NCBI RefSeq assembly: GCF_964355755.1
Contig: NC_092673.1
Location: 22,565,648-22,629,647, forward strand
Origin: Antedon mediterranea
Lineage: Eukaryota; Animalia; Echinodermata
Reading direction: 5' to 3'
Length of the DNA stretch: 64,000 bases
The notes under the pieces are model-generated. The model saw only the letters and a program-made list of their open reading frames with translations. It did not search any database and was not told the origin of the DNA. Below are positions 1 to 11,989 of the stretch, piece by piece (within the stretch, counting starts at the first letter, position 1; every line of letters begins with the position of its first letter). The position numbers and the translations under genes were made by a program.

Positions 1-174
1 GGGGTAATAGGTAATAGGAACCATTATTTTTCCAGCAATGAATGTACTAATAAATATCAGACAGGGCATAAAATGTATTTTAACAATTTTAAAATTGTAT
101 TAATTCTTTTTAATTTGATTACTAAACCCCTAACTATTATCATTTCTTCCATGCCATGTTTCCGTTTCTTTCAG

Positions 175-3100
175 GGTTATCCGTTTCCAGAAAATGAGGC
201 AAATGCCATAGAGGTAGTGATGCAGTATGCAACTACAGAGCTAGGATTTCATATATCAGATATCATTGTGTACGCTTGGTCTATTGGAGGCTATACAGCT
301 TCAATAGCTGCTATGAACTATCCTAAAATACATGCATTAGTAAGTTGGTTGGTACAGTAGTACTTTTGTTGAAAATATTTAATTATTTTAGGTCAAGAGG
401 CCAATATCAATATCTCAGGCTAAACATTGTTGTTTGGCTGGAGCAATATTTTAAAAGAGTGCATACACCCTGAACAATGTATTTTAGTTTTGTTAACAAA
501 ACCTTCAATCCTTGCATGTACAGCACTGTCATTCACCACTTTGACTACTTGTTGCATGGTTTCTTAAGCTCGGTCTACACTATCAAAAAAGTGTGATATG
601 CCCAAATATGGTAGTGATATGCCCAAATATGGTACTGATATGAAATCATCGTGTCCATATATGGGCACATCACATTTTATTGTTGCATAAACTTTGATAG
701 TGTAGACAGAGATTGAGAAATTTTATATCTATATGATTGTTTTAAAAGAATTATTGTATATAATGTATTCAAATATGATTTATATTTTTAGATTTTGGAT
801 GCTACATTCGATGACCTTGTTCCGCTGGCTACAGCCAAAATGCCACAATTTGCACGTAAGTATACTCCTTTTTATATTGCCTAGGAAAACATAGATAGTC
901 GGTTTACGCAACTGACATCCCTTTCGATTGTACGATTCACTAGAGGGCAGTCTTTTATATTAAACATTGCTTTCGTAAGTCTTAATACAAAAAACACATA
1001 ACATAATGATGTGGGGGATATTTTCACGGTTAGGGATTGATCATTTTAGGAATATGGTTGTTTTTTTAATTTTGTTTTAATTTCTCAGGGCAAAAATTGG
1101 AACTATATAGTTGCTATATATTTTGTTATGTTGTATTTTGCTGTTGTATTTTGTTTCTACAGGTGGCATAATCATTAGAACACTAAGGAATTACATGAAC
1201 CTTCAAATCTCTGATAATGTATGCAGGTAAAACATTTTCATAAATCTACATAGTGTGTGCACTATTACTGTACTACAGTACTGATAATAATAAATTTCAG
1301 TAGTGCGATATATTTGACTGTTAATTAAATAAATCTGCAGTTTGAACAATAAACCTACAAAAGACTAACCTGGGATTTTTCATATAGTGTGCATACCATT
1401 AAATTTCTGTAAACCTATTGTATGGAAAATAAATGAATTTATAATAATAAATTACACAGACAAAATCTAAAAACAGATTAACCTATTAAAATAAGGTTAA
1501 TTTTAAATGTTTTGTTTATTTTATATTTCGTTCCTAAATTGAATGCAATTATTAGTAGTTTTGTATCTCGATTTGGACGAATGATTTTAATCAAACAAGT
1601 TTATTTGTACTATTTTTTGTGCTTTTATTATAAAGTTTTATACTTAAGATCTGTCTATTTACATTGATAATAATTGTCTTTTTAAGGTATCCAGGTCCAA
1701 TCAAACTAATTAGGAGAACTCAGGATGAAGTGATTACAACAAGGTATGTCCTGCCATTTGAATAAAAAGTTACATGAGAAAAAATTAAATGTAAAGATGT
1801 ATTGTCCTGGCCCCCAAAAACATGAATAATGAAGATTAATTAAATCCGACTTTGAATGGGTTATTTTGTAGTTAAAAGTTAATCACTTTCGTGGGAAAAA
1901 AAATGAAAAAAAAAATGTTTTAACTAATAAAATGACAAAATAAATGGGTAAATTCAACCAAAAACCCACTGGCTGGTAGCCAATTTGACTATTTTTTTGC
2001 TTTTAATTACTGTTTTTCATGTAAATCATTTTTTTTTCAATCCTATTTTTGTTTAAAGTGAATAGCTATTATGTGACAGTAAAATGGCATATTAATTATT
2101 TTTTCAGGGGGGACAATACACCTTTAACATATTGACTGGGTTTATAAGTATACTAATTTAATTTTCAAACCAAGAAATTCACAATGTGATGAGGCCTCGT
2201 TCAACAACAACATTTACAATTTACCATAAACTCCTCTCAAAGATTGGAATAGGAACAATGTAAGTTTTAATTTTTCAGTTTAGTACCAAATGTTCAGTCC
2301 AACAGAGGGAATAATCTACTAATTGCAATACTTAAATACAGGTGAGTACTTTGGACTTTTCTTTATTCAATTTGATTAATCTAAAGCTATGTCTACACTA
2401 TAAAACTACTACTACTATAAAAAAATTTGATGTGCCCAAATATGGTAGTGATATGCCCAAATATGGTAGTGATATGCCCAAATATGGTAGTGATATGCCC
2501 AAATATTGTAGTGTTATGACATCATCATGCCCATGGGAACATCACATTTTTGTCACATAAAGTTTGATAGAGCTGTACAAATCCACTATTACAATTTAGT
2601 CCAGTCTTGTGTCTTGGAAGGTTTAGTTGTCTTCTGGGGTTGTAGCATGACAAGGTATCTCAACTTTATTTCCTTTTTTTAAACACATGGTGCATCGCAA
2701 ACGTAACTTTCCAAATGTAGTGTTTAATTTCCTTGCAAATCTTTAGACAATATTATATTAAAAAAGTGACTATTATAAAGTACACGGTCATCATTGAACA
2801 TTTAAAAAACCATTGTTTTGTTGTTCTTCTTTCAGATATCCTAACCTTCTAGACGAGGAAAGTTGTGCTGTTCTAAATCGTTTTCTCAGCGCTGAATCTG
2901 TAATCGACAAACGTATGTTGCTACTTGCTATTAGGATGTTTTCTTTCATACATCGATATGTATTCTCATCTGCTTTGTATGCTTTCTAACATAACATCTG
3001 TACATTCTCATTTACATAGTATTCTTCTCTTAGAAAAAAACATGTCTGACAAAACTCTAATAGTAATACTATGCCATACATAATCAAGTTATTATTTTCA

Positions 3101-4498
3101 TACATCGATACATATTTATTTTGATGTTGTATAAGTGAAAACATTTTTGTTTTCCTTTTTTTCTATGGAACAGATTTAGAAAATAACATATTCAAAGTCG
3201 GAATTAGTTAATCTTTTCATGTTTTTGAAGAATAATACATCTTTAAGTTTTAATACTAATTTCCACTTTTTTCAGTTAATGTGCTAACAGAGTATGAAGT
3301 AGAAGACTCTGCTTGCACCAGGGACCTTCAACGATATGCTGTAGACAACTCACCTCTGTACCCAATGATGATTGGTATGTCATTTTAATATTATAAAAAT
3401 TATTTGCATTATGACTCGATACTGAGCAAGTGAGTGGCCAAGCAGTTAAGGCAGTGAGACCGTAATTACGTCGTAGCCATAACATCGGCAAGGATTCAAG
3501 GCTCACTCGCTCGATGATTTTGGTGGTAGAACGGTTCTTCTCAGATAAGGACTATAAACCCTAGGTCCAGTGTACACATCTAGCTCATAAACCTAGTACG
3601 TCTTTCGAGATTAGTAGAAGGTTACCCCGGTATACTATTACATCACAGCCATTAATCATAACTGGGCCCTCCGGGAGACCAGTCTTAGACTGAAGAGGTC
3701 GCCAAGTATAAATGAAATAGTTCGATTCAATATAAATTAGTTTTAATGACATTGCAATTATGTTCTTAAAGTGTGCTTATGTCGACACAGAAATGGAAGC
3801 AACTCGACTGTATCTTTTTGAGCAGCTTAGCTCCCTCAAAATAATCATAGAGAATATTTAATGCATCTAATATTTTAAGAATTTTCATAAACATATACAC
3901 ACAGTTACAATGTAAGAATCCTTTTTGTTTTAGGAACTGATTTGAGAGAAGTAACTAAAATACAGTTGACTCTATTTCTGGTAAGATCTGGCTTTAGTTT
4001 TCAAAGTTATGATATTGAATATAAGGAAACCTATTCAAAAAATGTATTATTGCTAGAATGGGCAATTTGGCAATGGACGATTTTTAAAATCTGGTTGCTA
4101 AAGCTAACACCTGTATTGCAAGTATATGCAAAATTGTGTTATGCTCCAATGCTTCTTATTAGCAATCTAGACTACGCACCTTTCCGCATACTCATTATGT
4201 TTCTGAGCATGTGTAGAAAGATTTTTAGTCAAGTGTTTCTTTCTGAAAATGAACGGTTGCTATTATTGGAAGTAGACATTGCGGATTTTCTAATGATTTA
4301 ATTTACTTTTGAATTATTCTGACGAAATGGATAAGTGAGAGTGCCATCGGAAATAAATATTATTTTGGATACTTTTTCTTTATTAACAAATCTTACTTCT
4401 TTAACTTGTAGGCTAGTAAGTATATGGTCGACTTTGAAGCAATGCACTGCAAGCCACTTCCAAATAGCTACTTTGAAATGCCCTGGCAACTTGAATGA
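175..4498 (+). CDS. ABHD16A: Phosphatidylserine lipase ABHD16A (BAT5) orthologue, 3' nine coding exons; the 5' part lies upstream of the window
   Basis: GT-AG exons with compatible phases: 175-339, 792-855, 1163-1226, 1687-1743, 2279-2341, 2836-2912, 3276-3374, 3934-3980, 4412-4498 (TGA). Spliced peptide GYPFPENEANAIEVVMQYA...YAWSIGG...ILDATFDDLVPLA...YPGPIKLIRRTQDEVIT...SNRGNNLL...RYP...FEAMHCKPLP...MPWQLE matches ABHD16A as I recall it, including the WSIGG nucleophile elbow and the C-terminal HC.PLP. Confidence 0.95.
567..712. mobile_element. Short MITE family (AGCTCTGTCTACACTATCAAA...TTTGATAGTGTAGACAGAGCT), probably PIF/Harbinger-like
   Basis: Terminal inverted repeats enclose 21-bp GATATGCCCAAATATGGTAGT repeats. 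Further copies lie at about 2385-2575, 42522-42645 and 49789-49917 (reverse). The superfamily is inferred from the AG..CT termini next to TAA/TTA. Confidence 0.75.
2385..2575. mobile_element. Second copy of the same MITE with an expanded 21-bp internal repeat
   Basis: AGCTATGTCTACACTATAAA start, about 4 tandem GATATGCCCAAATATGGTAGT units, and an AAGTTTGATAG end. Confidence 0.7.
3421..3730 (+). mobile_element. tRNA-derived SINE with a Deu/Nin-like central domain
   Basis: A-box-like GTGGCCAAGCAGTTAAG and B-box-like GGATTCAAGGCT. The central GATAAGGACTATAAACCCTAGGTCC...TTTCGAGA..AGTAG..GGTTACCCCGGT resembles the DeuSINE/Nin core. It lies in an ABHD16A intron, with a fragment at about 15770-15890. 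Confidence 0.65.
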
Positions 4499-6057
4499 TT
4501 TGGCCTAAGAAAGAATTAAAACTTTGAGAGTAAATGGATAATAATACAATATTTCTAAGCCCTTTACAGACAAAAATGATCTATAAATATCATAAAATAA
4601 CACCCAAAAAAAGAAGAAAAACAGAGGAACCATTTGCATCGTTTTGTTCTCCAGCACTTTGAAGCTTTCATATAAGAGCTTGCCAGATAAGTAGTCACAG
4701 GAGCTCGAGCAAATGAAATATCATCTTTCTGGATATCTGATGCTTTGTTCATAATGTGAAAACTGTTGAAGAATAACGAAAGAATGTCTGCTTTAGGAGA
4801 CTTTTCGTTTTTAGTTGTTCAGTTTTGGAATAGTTTACTGCCCAACGTTTTTGACACAAAATAAGAAATATTGCAAAAAGGAGTGCAATGCTATTTCTGA
4901 GGAACAACAGGGAATACAGTTTTTAAACTATAATTGAAAAAACCATAAGTGTACACCCTTTTGTCTGGTGAAAAAATGTCAGTTTTTGAGAGATTAGGCA
5001 TGCCAAACATTTTAGCATAATGCCTATGATCCATATATCGCAGCCTTCCTAATGCCACGTTCACACTTGTTCTTGTACTTGTTTGTTTCATGGAACGGAA
5101 GACGGAAGAAATGTCAATGCAAGAATGTAAGACTGCGGAACTACTTTTTCGATTGAGTACTAATATACTATTTTTTTTACATCGCGACTATGCATCTAGC
5201 GAGTCTAACAGTTAATTCATACGTATTCCAATAATGACTTTTCAACTCGATAGCTGCTTAAGTCCTGTGGCGCGTTGTTAAAATGAAAGGTCTAATTTTT
5301 CTATCAAGTATACTGTTTTTTTTGCCTTATTTTCATCCGTCTTACTGCTAGGCCTACTGGTTCAGGTAACCGTATACATAGAGACACCTGGTAGCCATTG
5401 ACATAGCTATAAGTCTAACAATACCATTTGTGTGGTACTAAGTTATTTATCAATGACATTTTAGTAATTTAAATTCATGACAAATATTTTGATACAAAAA
5501 TTGCTTTAATTCATCCAATAGTTAGAAGATTATACATTATGTTAATTAGAATTTTAAAACATGATTATTATGTTTTATTAATTTATATAATGCACTTATT
5601 TAATTTATGGGTATCATGGACATACGATTTAAATTTTGAATAACATGAATCTATTTTGTATCATTAAAAATAACAACATTAGATCGTAAATTATTAGCAA
5701 CGTGTTTGAACACTTATTGTTGAGACAAAGTTCAATACGTTATTTTATATATTTATCATGTATAAATTTTAATGTGAAAAGAGATATTGTAAATCGCTCA
5801 GTGGTAGTTCTGAATAACAATGTGAAATGATCGAGAAAAACTCAGAGAATTAAAACAAAAAAATCAATGAATTTGTAATTTATAGTTGTAATTAATCAAA
5901 GAAATGACACAGGAGGCTTTTTAACATATCTTTAGTATACTGTAAAATATGAATTCATAGCTTCGGTATTATTATTACACCGTAAAGCCCAAGTGTATTA
6001 GAAGGCCTTTGATATATTCCCCGCCACCGCTGTGTTTATTTCAATTTTAGAGCTTAA

Positions 6058-6338
6058 AGATATATTGTCCCCCTAACATTTTTTTTGTCACAGTTTTTGT
6101 TAATATGCCATCGTAGTCACGTAATAGTTATTCATTTTGACCAAAAAAAAGAATGATTTCCCTGAAAAAAAAAATGTAATTTAAAGCTAAAAATGGTTTT
6201 TGGTTAAAAATGACTGTTTCGTTTGTTTTTGAAATCATTTTTTTAATAAAAGTTTTAACTTTATTTAAACTGCAAAATGGCCTATTTAAAATCTGATTTT
6301 ATTAATCTTCATTTTTCATGTTTTTGGACAATACATCT
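6058..6338. mobile_element. Kolobok-type non-autonomous element (TTAA TSD)
   Basis: TTAA|AGATATATTGTCC ... GGACAATACATCT|TTAA. Partial copies at about 1792-1960 and 3170-3246. Confidence 0.65.
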
Positions 6339-7509
6339 TTAAGTATGTTACAACCAAAAAGTTTTAAGCAGCTTAATTTCTGCGCGTATTCGGGCATTTA
6401 TGATTACAGCATTACTAATATCATATTTATATTATTTATGAGAAAATTGAATATACAGGTGGCTAAAAATGTAAAGAGTTATTTTCATTGTCCTGCAATG
6501 GACCAAGGCAATCTAACAACAAGACACTGAGCTCGCCTTGCCCAGATATGAATTGGCAACAGTCCTTTGATCTTATGCCTGGCTGCGACAAATAGGCCTA
6601 CCACAGTGCTGTAATTTGTGCATTGTTCTTTTCGGCGCGCGGTGTTTTTAAGGGCGAGGAACTGATCATGTCGCAGCCACAGATAGCCATTTGCCTTGTA
6701 TGGAAATCATACGTTCACATAACGCATAGCCGTAAAGTTCTTGAAAATATCGGCATTTTTTGTAACCACTATGATGTACTGTACAAAATAAAATCAAACG
6801 ACAAATTACTGAAAAAATTATTGTGTGCACCAATGGCTGAATCTCTATGTAGATAATACAAATGAAATAAGCAAAACGATATTTAAAGTAAAATACTCAG
6901 AAAGAAATTGCAGAGCGTTCGGTACCACTAACCCTTCCTATGTATAATAGTTACCTAAACACTCTTAACTAACCCAAGTGCTTTCTTAAATGTATTATGT
7001 AGGCCTATCGATGTTTCAGTGGAATCACGTGATGCTGTTGATGTAATAATTAAAATCTTCCACGTACCTATTTTGCTCCTGATATGAGTGGATATATGTT
7101 ATTATTCGTTTTGGGATTCCAATCACAAAAGCCGGGCCAATTTTGTAGTTTATGATTTTCATTTAAGACTATTTTGTATTGTACGTATGAATTTGTTTTG
7201 TCCCTGCAGGCCTCGCAAGTCCCACCCCAAATTAGCTTATGGTGGTTAAAATAAGTTATGTTTTAATCTAGGCCTAATATAATGTTACGAGAACTGTTAT
7301 TTAAATCAAACCTATTTAAACATCTATTGTTTAAAATAAAATATAATCACTTGCGATACAAATTGTAATAGTATTATTTATTATAACGCAATTTTGGTTT
7401 TAGTTAGTACAGTACTGTAGTGAAGTAAAGAGAACATAAATTTAAAGAGAATTCTGACGATCTATATTATTATTAATTTTAAAATGTAGCATATTTTCAC
7501 CATTTTGTT

Positions 7510-8040
7510 AACTTACACGTCGTAGCCTGTCACTTTTGACGTGCTCGTATAATTTTGAGTTGAAAAGTGAATCAAATATGATGATATTATTAAAGAAAGG
7601 TTTTAAAACAGAAATTGTGCAAAAAGAGTGCATATTAACGTTTAACGCAAAAATCTGCGCACTTTTAAAGGCTTAAAATTGCCTAAAATGTACTCTAATT
7701 TCATCGAAAATAAATTTTGACAATTTTGAAAATTTTAAACGTGCGTACGCATGCGTTATATGCGCTACACACATAATTGTATTGCCATATGATGAAATAT
7801 GACCTGAAATTTATGAGTACCAAATTTTGTTTTGTTATTGTGATTCATGCTTCTTGTGAAGATATGATTAGAAAACGTGATATCGTTAAATCGCGCGTAA
7901 TTTTTGATTGCGCACCGTGAAAACATAACCACATCGATTCCTCTAGCCGGCCAGAAGGAATATACTCTGAAAAATTGACTTAGCCAGATAAAACCATGGA
8001 ACTAATATAGTTCCATGATAAAACTGATATCAAGATAATT
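7510..8040 (-). mobile_element. Helentron-associated (HINE/DINE-1-like) element, internal fragment
   Basis: Reverse complement of about 53180-53246 plus 54238-54660 (e.g. GAGCACGTCAAAAGTGA, CCAAATTTTG, AACCACATCGATTCC). Another fragment lies at about 11990-12230. Confidence 0.65.
7988..8024. mobile_element. P-superfamily excision footprint or micro-element (23 bp plus 7-bp TSD)
   Basis: ATAAAAC|CATGGAACTAATATAGTTCCATG|ATAAAAC. The paralogous repeat at about 53185-53215 has the single, empty site. Confidence 0.7.
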
Positions 8041-8532
8041 GACGGACAATATAGTAAGGAAAGAATAAATAAACAAAGAAAATGACAGAATCAATAATAT
8101 ATCAACATGAACCAATGTTGAACTATTGGTTTTTATTTAAAGAAAAATTAATTTTGGTTTGTCTAGTCTGGAGAACGCCCCTTTTCTAATCAATGTATAC
8201 AGAGAGAGATGACGCTGTGTATTGCGCGCATTTAAGAGATATTTAGTTTCCAAGAGCTAGTAACATAGTGGTATTCAATTGGCTAGTTAGTGCGCTCACC
8301 GCGCTTACAATAGAACAGCGCAACCCTTGTTACGTCATCAAATATTCGAAAATAACTAACGACTATTCCAAATTTAAGTCGGAATGAACAATTCTTTCAA
8401 TCGATGAACAGTGATTTCAAATTTCTCTTCATTAAAACGAAATAAAACCGCTTTTACCGTGCAATTCAGTTTGGAAATACTATAGGCCTACATCTATTTC
8501 CTATTACGTTTGCTATACTTACATCATCTGCT

Positions 8533-9047
8533 ATGGCAAAGTTGATATTTAAAAGAAGATATAATGCTCCTTTAGAAGAAGCCCAGAATGCGGTGAGATC
8601 AAATGAATATCCCGCCGCTAAGTACGCTAGGTTCCTCCAGGTGAGGAATAGAAGGGCTAGGCCTAGAAACAGGGGGTGTCCTTATGTCAGAAGAAACTCT
8701 AATGTTAACCCAACTTGTAAGTTACATGAATTAGATACACTTATAAAAACGGAAAACAAATCAGCTGATATCAATTATTGTCATTTTAATCATGAATTAA
8801 ATCGGCCTAGGCCTACTAGTGACGACCAAATGTTGTCTCCAAATACAAATGATATGCCTATCATAATAAGTAGTGATAGGAGTAGTGATAGTGAAATCAT
8901 CATTACTAGCAGCAGTGATAGTGATAGTAGTAGTTGGCCTAGTGAAGACCAAATACTGTCTCCAAATACAAATGATATGCCTATCATAATAAGTAGTGAT
9001 ATGAGTAGTGATAGTGACATCATTATTAGTAGCAGCAGTGATAGTGA

Positions 9048-9098
<51 letters not shown>

Positions 9099-9981
9099 CA
9101 GCAGCAGCAGCACTATGCCCAATAGCAGTAGTAGCAGTAGTGGTGACAGTGCTAGTAGTAGTGTTAGTAGCAACAGCAGTGGCAGTAGCAGCATAGGAGA
9201 AAAGTCTAGTAGTAGGCCTAATAGTAGCACTGTTGTAGTAATAGGAAATGGTGATGTTTTGATTCATTTTCCAGGTAGTGTTGATAACAATTCTAACGAC
9301 ATTTCAAATGAAAATGTTGAACTTGAATCTAATAAAGAATACTTTAATTCATTAATTAATCGTGAAAAAATATCTGAAAATCCATGGGCACATTTTGAAT
9401 CACAATCAGTCAAAGATCATATGGTAGAATTTTTATGTAATATTCGATCTGAACTCATACGTTATGAATACATAATCGATTATGATATAGTTCATCGTAG
9501 CCTAACAATTATAGAAAATGTACTAATCTGTGATAACACAGCATTTAAACTTGGAGATCTCGAAGAATTGGCAATTGCATCATTTTGCCTTGCATTGAAA
9601 TGTGCTGAACGATACCAATCAAAACACATCATTCCTTATGCATGTGACCGCCTCCGGAATCTTGGCTTTTTTAATCCTAAAAAAATTGTCCAAATAGAAT
9701 TAAAAATATTACAGATAGTAAACTTTAATATCAATCGTGTCACTTGTCTTGATTTTATTCACATTTATTGCGATATTGCTATCAGTAAAGCTACAACCAA
9801 CAACAACAAACGTAGAATAGAAAGAGTGAGACACGAATCTGTCAAATATTTGATTACAAATAAAATATCACTTACAACAGTAAAGCCATCCGCAATAGCT
9901 TACTTAATAATTAACGCAATTCTTGAGAAATTTGAATTACAAGACTCATTCTATTTTGAGAATAATGACGATAGTTCTTAA
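8533..9981 (+). CDS. Intronless divergent cyclin (cyclin N box plus partial C box) with an N-terminal SIM-like/poly-Ser low-complexity region
   Basis: 482-aa open frame. The C-terminal ~215 aa show the cyclin-box pattern: VKDHMVEFL (MRAIL-equivalent helix), LEELAIASFCLALKCAE (LQL..A...A.K.EE equivalent), IVQIELKILQIVNFNINRVTCLDFIHIY (E..IL..L.F.L...T...F), and KPSAIA (PS.IA of the cyclin C box). No orthologue was recognised. Confidence 0.8.
8812..9230 (+). repeat. 123-bp tandem duplication plus (AGT/AGC)n poly-Ser microsatellite inside the cyclin ORF
   Basis: PIIISSD codons start at 8857 and 8980 (period 123 bp = 41 aa). An (AGT)n/(AGC)n run covers about 9049-9111. Confidence 0.9.
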
Positions 9982-11989
9982 ACAAATTAAGTAACCATTT
10001 ACGTTAAGACAAAACAATTTAAGGGATTAGATCTAGAATAAAGTTATAGGAATAAGACGATTAAATTGATTAAAGAAAAGCTAAACTAAATAGATTGTCT
10101 AAGATGTGCAATATCTAAGTACTAAGGTAATAAATATATAAAATAAGGTTTTAAAAATGTAGATTACTGCAGCACTTGTACTTAAGAAAAACAAAGTAAG
10201 ATAGGTGATGTGAATTAAAAACAATATTGCTATTGTAACATAATAATGAAAAAAGAGCTCTAAGGAGGATATTAATAATACCAATAATAAATTTAAAATA
10301 GATTGTTGATAATAATGATTAAAATAAGTAATTTGTTTCAGTAATATTCCCGTTATTAAGTTAATGTAAGTTGTTAGTTAGTAAGCAATAAAAAAACAAG
10401 GAGGAAAAAACAAAAACAACTTTATTTAATTAGTTTTCAAAACATTTTTTATGATATTTAGTTGATATAAGTTTTTAGTTAGTAAGAAATAATATAAAAA
10501 AAAATATTGTATTTATTAAAATATTTTCCCTTATTAATTTGGTATATAATAGGTTTTAGGCCTATATCATTGTATAGTAAATAATTAAAATAAGTAATTT
10601 GTTCAATAATCTTAACTTATGTAAGTTAATATAAGTTTTAGCTCGATAAGAAATAAAAAAAAAAAAAAAACAAAAAAAAAAACAAAATAAAAAAAAAAAC
10701 ATCCCAGTCTGAAGACGGAGATGCTACCTCATCGTGGTAGACTGGTGTCAACATCATTGGTAACCAAACTGGTACCAAGATGGCTAACAGCATCACGCAT
10801 CTTGTACCATAGTACAATCGCACACTATACCACACATTTGTGCTGTCACGGATGTAAGCCACTTATTGATTGTGAAAATATCAAAAATAATTTAATATAT
10901 AAAAAGTACGTATTATATATTATTGGAAGGATTGCATGACAAAAACAATAAATTAATGTGATATAAAGCTCAGGGGTACAGGAATTATAAGTAAGTTTAA
11001 GTAAGATTTAATTCGTCACTATGACGAATTATAGGTTATGTGCATTGATTTAAATAAAGATAGACCTAATTGAGAATCTTTAATTATATATAATATTATA
11101 TTATTGGATCTTGCTAACGCAAATACAATAGCCGGTATCACAATCCGATCAAAGATCCCTCTGTGTATAATATCATAAACCACATTGTTACATAGTAATA
11201 AAGACATACGTGACTTTTATCTAAATTTAATTATAAATCATGAGTATGCACTAAGAAATAACATTGAACAAATAATACGGATAATAAAAAAAAATCTTAT
11301 TAAGTTTCGTTTCCCAAGGTGAGACTCGATCTCGGTACCTTGAGTGCTGATATATTTCCTTCGTGTATTTACTATGCAGTAACCACTTCGGTGCAGATAC
11401 AGTAGATTATTGCATACCGCAATGAATTTTCACGCTGCTGCTCTAGCCCGCTACGTCACACGAGATGACTCATTCATTAGATGAAATCAAGCAGCAGTAT
11501 AGTACTACACTTTGACATTTTTGTTAAAATGGAAACTCGACTATAATTTATAGGTACCACCTGTTGAATCCAAAAACCGGCTGGGAAAAGAGTCTAATGA
11601 CAAATCCCAAAGCATTTTTTGTATTTATGAGTCCCATGATGTTACTATAATTCACTGTCAGATAATCATTGAATTATTATCAAAACAGTCCATTGAAGTT
11701 TTTGTTTGTAATAGGATACTTTAAGTATCTAGGCGTGATGAAGTGACCCCCAGACTTGACCTTAGCCAATAACAATAAGCGAGCAGCGTTTTTTGTAAGA
11801 AATATTCTTGTTTACTATGAGGACATCTTTAAAGATTAAAAAAAATATGACGCACTGTCAAAGTATATACTTTTAACTATTTTAAAGAATAAAGTTAATA
11901 TTAAGTTTATTATTTCGGCCCAAGAAAATGTCATAGTTTGTTTGATTGTCGAAATTAATTTTTTTAATTGAATATGCACAATTAATGAT

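Noticed and set aside
4564-5091. Two short minus-strand ORFs after ABHD16A
   Set aside because: No recognisable motif or splice pattern; probably ABHD16A 3' UTR.
8790-9267. Leu-, Thr- and Val-rich ORFs overlapping the cyclin
   Set aside because: Alternative-frame and antisense readings of the (AGT)n/(AGC)n poly-Ser tract.
10700-10865. AYIRDSTNVWY on the minus strand, reminiscent of a USP His-box region
   Set aside because: No catalytic GHY, needs a frameshift, and no other exons found.
11310-11400. tRNA-like segment (reverse of GGTACCGAGATCGAGTCTCACC)
   Set aside because: Only a T-arm/B-box-like patch; no cloverleaf could be built.
8160-11505. Possible TIRs around the cyclin (CTAGTCTG..CTAATCAATG vs CTATACTG..CTAATGAATG)
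   Set aside because: Similarity is too patchy and there is no TSD; kept only as a hypothesis in the findings.
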